Origin: Myxococcota bacterium
GTDB taxonomy: Bacteria; Myxococcota; XYA12-FULL-58-9; JABJBS01
Direction: 5' to 3'
NCBI GenBank assembly: GCA_036339465.1
Contig: JAYZAY010000090.1
Span: 1-13,205, forward strand
DNA: 13,205 nucleotides
A program made the position numbers and the translations under genes. Positions within the stretch are counted from its first letter, which is position 1. Each line of letters opens with the position of its first letter. The notes under the pieces were generated by a model. The model was not told the origin of the DNA and searched no databases. It saw only the letters and a program-made list of their open reading frames with translations. Positions 1 to 8,200 of the stretch are shown here, piece by piece.

Positions 1-2
1 AA

Positions 3-614
3 AAAACAGCGGTTCAAATTTCGGACCCTTTTGGATTCTTTTTGGTCCAACAAACGAATCATCCTACCCAGATTTTTGAGTTGAAAAGAAATATTATTCA
101 TATCGGTCGTAGCAGTGACTGTGATCTGGTTCTCGCTGATACTTCGGTGAGTCGGGTCCATGCTTCCTTAGAGGTGAAGAACGCAACAGTCACTCTACTT
201 GATCGACAAAGCTCTAATGGTACTGTGGTTAATGGTGAAAAGATTGATTCAAAAGTGTTAACGCACGATGCGCAGATAAGAATTGGCCGTTTTTTTCTAG
301 GATATAAAATATTCAACTACGAGGTAAGGTCCAAAATTGATCAGTATAGGGTTTTTGACTCATATGAAACCCCAGAGTCAAAGGACCAAAATGATACAAA
401 TTTGATGGGTCCTGCACAGGTAAGTGCGATGATGGAGACACTTACGCGCCAAAAAGAGGCCTGTCTCTTGGTGTTTGGAAGTCGAGAAAAATATCAGCTT
501 GGCGATGTTCGATGGGAATTTGGAACCGCCGACCTTCCCTGTCAGGGGTTGGACGGTCGAAGCGGGGTTATTATTACCTGGGTGGATACCCATCATGTTA
601 TTCGGCGCAAGTGA
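3..614 (+). CDS. FHA-domain (phosphothreonine-binding) protein, 5'-partial; apparently tandem FHA, interrupted by TGA at 612-614
   Basis: The frame is open from position 3 (KTAVQISDPFGFFLVQQ...), so the true start is probably upstream of the window. Canonical FHA motifs: IHIGRSSDCDLVL, SVSRVHA, DRQSSNGTVVNG, IRIGRF. Confidence 0.9.
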   Translation, partial: KTAVQISDPFGFFLVQQTNHPTQIFELKRNIIHIGRSSDCDLVLADTSVSRVHASLEVKNATVTLLDRQSSNGTVVNGEKIDSKVLTHDAQIRIGRFFLGYKIFNYEVRSKIDQYRVFDSYETPESKDQNDTNLMGPAQVSAMMETLTRQKEACLLVFGSREKYQLGDVRWEFGTADLPCQGLDGRSGVIITWVDTHHVIRRK

Positions 615-725
615 CTTCGTGCCAAACGCGCACTCGTGAATGGTGTGGCGATTAAAACCCACCAACTTGAACCAGGGGATACGATTGAAATTGCTTCCGG
701 CAGATTCACCTATCGCTTAGGTTAG
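615..725 (+). pseudogene. In-frame continuation of the FHA gene beyond TGA: C-terminal half of a second FHA-like domain
   Basis: After TGA the same frame reads LRAKRALVNGVAIKTHQLEPGDTIEIASGRFTYRLG, then TAG at 723-725. This fits the FHA C-terminal pattern VNG...L.PGD.I.i...f.y and parallels VVNGEKIDSKVLTHDAQIRIGRFFLGY in domain 1. Confidence 0.8.
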
Positions 726-808
726 AGCGTCTTCGGTTTAGCGGCTCATGGGGGGAAGGCGGGGGATCCGCCGGTTCAGGGGTGGAGTTGCCAGCATTTT
801 TTTAGGCA

Positions 809-838
809 GGGCAGGGGGGGGAGTCCGGGTGGTTTGGG
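809..838 (+). other. Canonical putative G-quadruplex motif in intergenic DNA
   Basis: GGG-CA-GGGGGGGG-AGTCC-GGG-TGGTTT-GGG fits G3+N1-7 x4. Motif only; formation and function are not shown. Confidence 0.35.
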
Positions 839-975
839 AATCGGTTGGGGATATTGGTTATGCTGCCATTTTTCCAGGATTTTCCTTGCATTGTGTCTTT
901 CTCGGACTTTGGTATTTTGGTTGTGATATGGGTTTTTGTGGCATATCCATGAAGTGCTCCACGGAGGTTCCATCG

Positions 976-1815
976 ATGAGACACGTCGAATTACTTGTTT
1001 GCGCCGTGTTGTGCTTGGGGGTCGGATGTAGCGAAAAGTTTCAATCTCAGGGGGAGGGGAAAGGTGTGTCGCAGGTTGAGGCTGGAGAAAATATAGGTCA
1101 AGGGGGTGTCGTAGGGTCAGAATCCAAGGATGATGCGAAATTAGATGGCGTGGGGGCCATCAAACCAACCGGATCTTCGGGAGGTGCGCAGGGTTCTACG
1201 CCAGTGGGTGGTTTTGGGGTGATCAGTGGTGCCTGTGGAGTCCTTACGGAAGATTTGCGAAGTCAAGATGAACCTGTCTTGATTCAAAATGCGATTGATT
1301 TTTCAGAGGATCCCTATGATGAAGCGGATTATGACCTCTTAACCGAAGGGGGGCAAGAGATTATCGATGATGGCAATGCAGGGGGAAGTTCTCTCTACTC
1401 CGAGGTCTTTGCCTATGAAATTCTGGCTCGTTGTGATGGGGCCGCTTTGCTTAAAACAGAAACCGAGATCAACTATCAAGATCCGCAGGGGAAGATCACA
1501 GACCTATTGGTGGAGATCCATGGGGAGCGGGTGGGGGTGAGTGTTACTCGGGCCGTGGTTTTCCCCCGTGATGCCCCCTACACGGTGGGCCATGCTCGGG
1601 AACTTCTTGAGAATAAGCTCGGAGGCATCTTGGAAAGCACTGAAAATGTCGCAGAGAAAGACAACTGGAAAAAACAGATCTTGCATATTATCGTCTATGG
1701 GGCAGAGCATGCGGAATCACTTCAGAGTGCTTTTTTGGGGATGGATTCCGAGCTCAAGAGTAACACCATCGTTTATCTGACGGTCTCCGACGGAGAAGAT
1801 GGATTCCTGTATTGA
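976..1815 (+). CDS. Lipoprotein (279 aa) with a Gly/Ser-rich linker and a C-terminal AAC4-like, probable PD-(D/E)xK-fold domain
   Basis: GGAGGT at 963-968 lies 7 nt before ATG 976. Signal peptide with lipobox MRHVELLVCAVLCLGVG-C18. Motifs NAGGSSLYSEV, LLKTETEINY, KITDLL, VGVSVTRA, LLENKLGGI, WKKQILH match my recollection of the Dictyostelium/invertebrate AAC4 family. Confidence 0.8.
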   Translation: MRHVELLVCAVLCLGVGCSEKFQSQGEGKGVSQVEAGENIGQGGVVGSESKDDAKLDGVGAIKPTGSSGGAQGSTPVGGFGVISGACGVLTEDLRSQDEPVLIQNAIDFSEDPYDEADYDLLTEGGQEIIDDGNAGGSSLYSEVFAYEILARCDGAALLKTETEINYQDPQGKITDLLVEIHGERVGVSVTRAVVFPRDAPYTVGHARELLENKLGGILESTENVAEKDNWKKQILHIIVYGAEHAESLQSAFLGMDSELKSNTIVYLTVSDGEDGFLY

Positions 1816-1817
1816 GA

Positions 1818-3416
1818 TTATGTGCGCATGCCCGCTTTTCGGAGCATTTTTATGGTTCCTATGGGTTCGGCAGACAAGACGGAAAGTACGCCGCCCATCA
1901 TGGCGCCAATGACCCCCACGGATGCCACTTCCGATCCCGCCATAAAGAGGTTACGGATCGGACTTTGTGGGCGTAGCCATTGGGTTCGAAATCGTTTAGG
2001 CGTGGGCTCGATGCCATAGATAGAACCCGCCATGGGCCGAACGAAATGGTCGGTGGAAAGAGGGGTCGAGAGCTCAACATACTCTAGATACGGTTCTAAT
2101 TCGGGCATGTTTTTGAGAAATTGTTCAAGAAGCTTTTTCTCCATCCGCTCCTTAAAAGCATCGTAGCTTTCCCCGCGTTTTTTCCAGCGGGTATCTTTCC
2201 ATTCTTGAAAAATATCCCAAGGGACAAAGGTGACGACTTCGCCGGTATGCAATTGTTCTGGGCCGGGGTCATAGTGGGGATCCTTGAGGGAAGGGAAACT
2301 GCAATACAGAACCGGAACATCGGGAAGTTTCTGGTCGGGCGCCACCATCCAATCACTAAAATTTGGGTCCCAGGTGCCATAGAACCATTTGTTGGCGGAC
2401 CCGGCTCCCGCTTGACGGATATCGCCTTTGAATCCTAAATAGAGACAGACATGACAGGGCGCGGGATTGAGGCTTTTGATCTCTTTTGCCCATTTCTTTT
2501 CTCGATGGTTTTCAGGTAGAAGACGGGTGGCCGTGGACATGACACCGGCGGCACTTACGATGGAATTACTGCGGATTTCTTCGCCGTCTCTCAAGCGAAC
2601 GCCCACAGCTTTTCCTTTATGGACGATGATTTCTTCCACATCGGCTCGGATTCGGGTCCAGCCACCACCATCGGCCACGGTTTTTAGGAGGGTATTGGCG
2701 ATTTTTTCAGAGCCACCCACGGGGTAATAGCCACCGTGGACGAAATGACGGACCACCAAGGCTTGCATGGCAAAGGAGGAACGACTTGGAGGTGACCCGT
2801 AGTATCCCCATTGTGCAGTCATGATGCTTTGCAATTTGGGATTATCGGTGAGCCTGTTGATGACTTCTTGGGTTTTTAGCTCCAACATCGCCAGCCCTTT
2901 TTTGCCCAGAGTGGCTTCCCCAAGCCAATTAAGTTTTTGGGGTAGGGCTCGGGCGAGGTAGTAGCCCTTCATGGCGCCGGCCACTTCCCGAACGTAGGCG
3001 AGATAGCGATCGATGGCTTCTTCTTCCTCGGGAAAGGCGTCCAATAGATTTTGACGGAACTGTTTTGGGCTATCGGGAAAATCGATGCGGAAGCCTTCGG
3101 GGTAATAGAATTCATCGTAGACGGGGCCGAGGGAGGCCCATTGTAGATCGCCGCTTGTGAGGTATTCGAGAAGGCGGCCGGTGAGGGAGTGGCGCGTGAC
3201 TTCGCCGACGGCATGGACGCCCACATCCCAATGAAAATTTTTGCGTTTGAAAGTGTGGGTATAGCCGCCGGGAACATAATGCTGCTCAAGTACGAGTACT
3301 TTTTTGCCAAGCTTACTTAGCATCGCCGCAGCGGTCATGCCGCCCATGCCGGAACCGATGACAATATAATCCCAGATGCCGTCTTTCCCCTTTTTGTCCC
3401 AGTATTTCTCCGACAT
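1818..3416 (-). CDS. Phytoene desaturase family / all-trans-retinol 13,14-reductase (RetSat)-like FAD-dependent oxidoreductase, 532 aa
   Basis: Rossmann motif DYIVIGSGMGGMTAA, then VLEQHYVPGGYTHTF, WDVGVHAVG, GGYYPVGGS, STPLS...GSIYG and NLFMAG...GVIGAMMGG. SD-like GGGAG upstream. Substrate cannot be assigned. Confidence 0.9.
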   Translation of the reverse strand: MSEKYWDKKGKDGIWDYIVIGSGMGGMTAAAMLSKLGKKVLVLEQHYVPGGYTHTFKRKNFHWDVGVHAVGEVTRHSLTGRLLEYLTSGDLQWASLGPVYDEFYYPEGFRIDFPDSPKQFRQNLLDAFPEEEEAIDRYLAYVREVAGAMKGYYLARALPQKLNWLGEATLGKKGLAMLELKTQEVINRLTDNPKLQSIMTAQWGYYGSPPSRSSFAMQALVVRHFVHGGYYPVGGSEKIANTLLKTVADGGGWTRIRADVEEIIVHKGKAVGVRLRDGEEIRSNSIVSAAGVMSTATRLLPENHREKKWAKEIKSLNPAPCHVCLYLGFKGDIRQAGAGSANKWFYGTWDPNFSDWMVAPDQKLPDVPVLYCSFPSLKDPHYDPGPEQLHTGEVVTFVPWDIFQEWKDTRWKKRGESYDAFKERMEKKLLEQFLKNMPELEPYLEYVELSTPLSTDHFVRPMAGSIYGIEPTPKRFRTQWLRPQSPIRNLFMAGSEVASVGVIGAMMGGVLSVLSAEPIGTIKMLRKAGMRT

Positions 3417-3454
3417 CCGTCTTTCTCCCTGGTTGTTGTTTTGGTAGGACCAAA

Positions 3455-3483
3455 TTGCTATCGGACTCGGGGTGGTGTGTCAA
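3455..3483 (-). promoter_or_regulatory. Candidate sigma70-type promoter for the oxidoreductase gene
   Basis: Minus strand TTGACA (3483-3478), 17-nt spacer, TAGCAA (3460-3455), about 40 nt upstream of the ATG. The -35 is perfect and the -10 is weak. Confidence 0.35.
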
Positions 3484-3650
3484 CGCTTTGATTTGGGGGC
3501 TGGGGCTAAAGGCAGCGTTTCTTGGACACTTCAGGGTTTGGGCTGTGGGACTGTTGGGGTATTTCAAATGATAAGCGTAGGCAACCCTTTAGCTTTGGTT
3601 TCGACTTTGGTAGAAGACTGCACCACAAATTCTCAAAAGGATTCTACGTT

Positions 3651-5018
3651 ATGGTGTTACGAAATTATGCGGTAAGTTTGGTTGCGGGGTTGGGGTGTTT
3701 ATTGTCTTTTTCCGCTACTTGGGCGGGTAATATAGGCAACAACAGTAACTTTAGTGCGGAATATATTCGAACCTTAAACCGCGGAGCGTCTGTCGAGACC
3801 GATGCGGCGGTTTATAATCCCGCCGGAACGGTGGCCTTAGCGGATGGTTTCCACTTTGGGCTTTCTAACCAGAGTTATTTTATTAAGACCGATGAATTGT
3901 CCTATCTGGATGGTAAAACCTATGAATCCACGGTGGGGGCTTATGTCATACCCGCCATTTCGAGCGTGTATGGTTTTGGTGATTTTGCGATTTTTCTCCA
4001 TTTGGGTGTGCCGGGCGGCGGTGGTTCAAAAGATTTCTCCCAAGGCCATCCGGTCTATAAGGACTATGAGCAAAAGATCCCGCCTATAGCCACCGAAAAA
4101 GTTGGTCTGTCTATTACTTCTGCGACTTTGATTGAAGATAAACCGGAAAGGCAGGCGAAGATTAAGGGAACTTCCGTGGCCGTGGGCGCTACCCTTGGCT
4201 TGGCTTATCAGGCGGCAGACTGGGTTTCCCTAGGGGCGGGGCTTCGGCTGGTGCACGCAACCCGCAGTTATGAAGGGAGCGCGAGTTATTGGCTGAATGG
4301 GGCGCTTCCTGTGTCTATGATGCTGGAGACCTCGGCTACGGCTTTGGGGCTTAACCCGCTCATTAGTTTCAATGTGATGCCGGTGGAAGATCTTCGTATT
4401 GCATTCCAGTATCAGTTCAAAACACCTCTCAACTATAAGCGAACCTACGAGGATGGTAGCGACGAGCCACTCAAGGAGGAAGATCTTAATGCAATGATTC
4501 GGGGAAAAAAGGAGGTGCCGGTGGGGCAAGTGTTTTTTCGTTGGAAAGAAGATCGCAGGGATTTACCCGCGGTGGCCAACCTGGGTGTATCCTACCAAGT
4601 AACGCCCGAGCTGAAATTGGAGAGTTCCTTTAATTATTATTTCAATACCAGTGCGAATTGGGGAAAAACGCTCGATGGCGGGCCCAATGGAACCGAATAT
4701 CGTGATGGTATGGATGCTGGTTTGGCGGTGGAATATGCGGGCCTAGTGGAAGGACTGCGGTTGAGTGTGGGGTATCTCTTCAGCCATACGGGCGCTACTC
4801 GGGAGTCCCGAAATCTCTTGGATTGGGGCATGAGCACGCAAACTGTGGCCGTTGGTGGAAGTTATGATGTGAACGAGATGATTGAGCTCTCTCTGGGGTT
4901 ATTGAGGGTGTTCTATGTGGAAGGTGACAATTTTGACCCCAATGCACAACCATCGAGCTCTGTGCTCTACAATCAGTCCACCATGGGTTTTGCCTTAGGG
5001 GCGAATTTTCACTTTTAG
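3651..5018 (+). CDS. FadL/OmpP1 family outer-membrane transporter for long-chain fatty acids or other hydrophobic compounds, 455 aa
   Basis: AAGGA upstream of ATG 3651. Signal peptide MVLRNYAVSLVAGLGCLLSFSATWA. FadL hatch signature DAAVYNPAG, amphipathic beta-strands, DLPAVANLGVSY, and C-terminal Phe (GANFHF). Confidence 0.88.
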   Translation: MVLRNYAVSLVAGLGCLLSFSATWAGNIGNNSNFSAEYIRTLNRGASVETDAAVYNPAGTVALADGFHFGLSNQSYFIKTDELSYLDGKTYESTVGAYVIPAISSVYGFGDFAIFLHLGVPGGGGSKDFSQGHPVYKDYEQKIPPIATEKVGLSITSATLIEDKPERQAKIKGTSVAVGATLGLAYQAADWVSLGAGLRLVHATRSYEGSASYWLNGALPVSMMLETSATALGLNPLISFNVMPVEDLRIAFQYQFKTPLNYKRTYEDGSDEPLKEEDLNAMIRGKKEVPVGQVFFRWKEDRRDLPAVANLGVSYQVTPELKLESSFNYYFNTSANWGKTLDGGPNGTEYRDGMDAGLAVEYAGLVEGLRLSVGYLFSHTGATRESRNLLDWGMSTQTVAVGGSYDVNEMIELSLGLLRVFYVEGDNFDPNAQPSSSVLYNQSTMGFALGANFHF

Positions 5019-5249
5019 TGAGTCGGGGAGTTGCCATTGGCTATTCTGTGGCCATGAAATTCACGCGGAACTGGTTTTAAAGATGCGCGCCCAAGCCATG
5101 GGCGTGTTGAATACCGAACCGATCTCGCTGAACTCGAAGCTTCGGGTGGGGGATCTTCAGGTTTTATTTAGTGCGGCGGTTTGGTTCACAGAAGATCTTA
5201 CAATTCCAGTCGACTTTTGCTTTGGTTTTGAATTCCATAAATCCGTTGC

Positions 5250-5270
5250 AAAAGAGCCCACGAGGCTTTC
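5250..5270 (-). terminator. Possible intrinsic terminator downstream of the kinase gene
   Basis: Minus strand GAAAGCC-TCGTG-GGCTCTTTT, about 18 nt after the stop. Short stem and only 4 U residues. Confidence 0.3.
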
Positions 5271-5288
5271 ATACCAACGCGCGTATTC

Positions 5289-8200
5289 CTATTGCGCTAT
5301 AGCTTCTATAGCTTCTATAGCTTCTATAGCTTCTATAGCTTCTATAGCTTCTATATGCTCTTCCTGTGGTTGGTTGGTAGTGTGTGCGGGCAACCAGATT
5401 GTAAATTCGGCTCCATTAAAATCTGGATCGTTTCGTGTTGTAATGTGGCCATCAGAATCTTCGATGATTTTTTTCACCAGGTAAAGGCCTATTCCCGTTC
5501 CACTATGCAGGCTCTTGGTGGTGAAAAACTCGTCGAAAATTCGTGGTATCACGGCCTCTGGAATGCCCCCGCCGTTGTCTTTGACTTGAATCATGACCCC
5601 CGGCCGCCCTTGGTGGTGCTTTTCTTCGGTTGAAATTTCGACAACGCCAACAAATACTGACTTTGTGAGATCTTCGAGGCTTTGGTAGTGACTGTCCAAT
5701 GCATCCACAGCATTGGCAATGAGGTTCATAAAAACCTGACAAAGCCGCACGGGAACCACTGCCACGGGGACGGCGTTTCCTCGATTGAATATAAGCTTGC
5801 ATAGGGTGAGTTTGGCTTTACAGAGAATCATGACCTCATCGATCAGTGTATTGGGGTCGACCACCTCAAGCGCGTCCTCTTGTTGTCTACTTTGTCGCCG
5901 CAAAGCGTTGGTAATATCGGTAAGCCCTTTGACGGCCGCTAATGCTTGGTCCAACATTTTAAGGATGGTGCTTTGATTGTGGTGGTAGGTTTCGTAGAAA
6001 TTCACTGATTCTGAAGTTTTGGAATGTGCGTAGCTTTCAACGCGTTTAGTCATCTCCATAGTATGTTCTTGCGCCACGGTGATGCAAAGAGCGATCGCCT
6101 GGGCGGGATTGGTTACTTCATGCCCAATGGAGGAGGTGAGCTTACCAAGCTGCACCATCTTGTCGGTATCCATGGCAAATTGCTCGTGGAGTGCACGTTG
6201 TTGTGCGATCGTCTCGCTTAGGAAATCCTTGGTCTGTTGAACCTCTGTAAGGTTTTGAGCAAGTTCAGCAGCGACTCTGGATGCAACTTGTTGGGCTTCG
6301 AGGTGTTGAGAAGGGCGAGAAATCATGACGTAGCCCCACTCAAACTTTTGGGGTTCGGTCATAACCTTGGCCATGGTGAGCCAAAGACACTTTTCTTGGG
6401 AGCCATTGCGGCCAAACATCACATGGACGCCATTGACGGGGCCAAGATTGGTTGTATTAAATAGCCCATATTGAGACACAAGGTCCAGCTCATCTATCCA
6501 TTCGTAGATGGGTTTGCCGATAAGTTGCCCAAGTGGAATTCCCAACTGTTGGGCGAAAGCGCTGTTTCCCCGGATAACGGTTCCATCTTGTTGAAGAATG
6601 ACAAATCCGTCGGGAAGAGAATCGAAGAGTAATTGCAGGAACTGACTTTGTTCCAGCGCATCTCTTTCTCGTGCTTTGAGTAAGAGTAGGTTCCGTATGT
6701 GGGAGACGAGTTCTGGTTCACTATAAGGCTTGGCCACAAAAGCATCGGCGCCCGCTTCTATTGCTTCTAGGCGTGACCCGTCATCTGCTCTGGAACTCAA
6801 AACGACGATCGGTAGCGTGATGGGTCTTTTTTGTTTACGACATATTTGGATAAATTCGGTTCCGGTTATATAGGGCATCAACCAGTCGGTGACCACGAGA
6901 CTGGGTTGTCTTATCTCCATGAATTTGAGGGCTGCGACAGCATTGTTAACGACCAACACCTTATAGCCATAACGTCGGAGAGTACGGGCTATCAGTTGGC
7001 CCATTTCAGGCACATCATCGATCACTAAAATCCACTCATCTATCCATTCTTCTTGGCTTAGCTCTTGTTCAAGTTTAAGGGTGTCTGTGTCGTCATCGCC
7101 GGGTTCATGGTTGCTTGGATGGGTGTTTTTAGTCGATTCTGTAAGCGTCGGTTCCCAATCTAAAAGCCCGTCTGTGTATTTTTCACCGGATTGATAGTTG
7201 AAAGGGCTTGATTGGCACCAAGTACCAATGGCTGCAGAGGTTTTCATCGGGTCAAAGGGTTTTGACAGGAAATGCTGGACATGCGCATCGTTGATTAGGT
7301 CGGGTAATGGGACTTTCTCCGCTTCAGCGGTCATCAGTATGCGAATGGTATCCGGTTGTTTGAGGCGCATATAGGTTAAGAAATCAAGCCCTCTTTCCAC
7401 ACCGAGTAGGTTGTCGGCTAGAACCACTTTGAATCTGGCTTCTTCCAACAAAGCTTTCGCTTTTGCGGTGCCGTCGGCGACTAAAATGCGGAGGTTGTTG
7501 GCTACTAAGGTCTCCTTTAGGAGCATGGCCGTATGGTAGTCATCCTCCAAGATGAGGACGTCATAGAGGGGAAGAAGGGGGGCGGTTAAGGGAAACTCGA
7601 CCCAAAAGACACTCCCTTTTCCTACTTCGCTCTCCACGCCCACTTCACCGTGCATTTCGTTGGCTAGAGCTTTTACTAACGCGAGTCCAAGGCCAGTCCC
7701 GGTTTTTTTCAAGCTCAGGTGTTCAGGTGCTTGGCCATATAATTTGAAGAGGGATTTTTGACCATCTTTAGAAATTCCAGCTCCTGTGTCTCGTATCGAA
7801 ATTGTCGCCCGGCGGCGATTTTGGCTTAATTCTAAGCTGATTTTCCCGTTGGGGGGGGTGAATTTAACCGCATTTGAAAGGTAGTTGAAGATAATCTTTT
7901 CTAGGGCGTCAATTTCTCCGTGGATGAAAATATTTCGGTGGAAGTCCATGTCCAATTGTTGTGTGTTACTCCATGTTTCAAATTGAATCTGTTTTTTGGA
8001 GCATATTTCTTGGTATGATTTCGAAGATGCTTGCAGGAAATCTCCAAGGGAAATCGTGGTGAGTTTCAGTTTGTTTTCATTTGTACTTATTTTTTCGTAG
8101 TCCAAGAGTTGGTTGACCAGTTTCCAAAGTCGACGACTGCTTTGCAGCGGGAGAGTCAGATCCTCGTCTGGGTACTTTTGTTGCAACTCTTCGAGAGGAT

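Noticed and set aside
612..660. Selenocysteine codon with a SECIS element
   Set aside because: The position is not a redox Cys-type site, FHA domains are not known selenoproteins, and only a weak GTGC/GCAC stem follows.
1..725. Horizontal acquisition of the FHA gene, suggested by lower GC (23/60 in 241-300)
   Set aside because: The sample is small, no mobility genes or boundary repeats are visible, and there is no genome baseline for comparison.
748..975. N-terminal extensions given by the ORF track (starts at 748, 3522, 8587, 8834, 12007, 12418)
   Set aside because: Downstream starts fit better, based on SD motifs, signal peptides at the N-terminus or family-typical lengths. The extensions are low-complexity or overlap other genes.
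612..1815. Genome-wide TGA reassignment (genetic code 4 or 25)
   Set aside because: The lipoprotein gene ends at TGA 1813-1815 directly against a convergent gene, and none of the other long genes needs an internal TGA.
3419..3428. Shared 10-mer GGAGAAAGAC (minus strand) before the oxidoreductase and DUF296 (10973-10982) starts
   Set aside because: Adequately explained as an SD plus an A-rich spacer. Two copies are not enough to call a motif.
5297..5355. CRISPR array
   Set aside because: The 9-bp units are contiguous with no spacers, lie inside a CDS, and no cas genes are present.
5083..5633. ORFs 5083-5484 and 5292-5633 with ASI and YSF repeats
   Set aside because: They are alternative-frame readings of the 9-bp repeat, antisense to the kinase gene.
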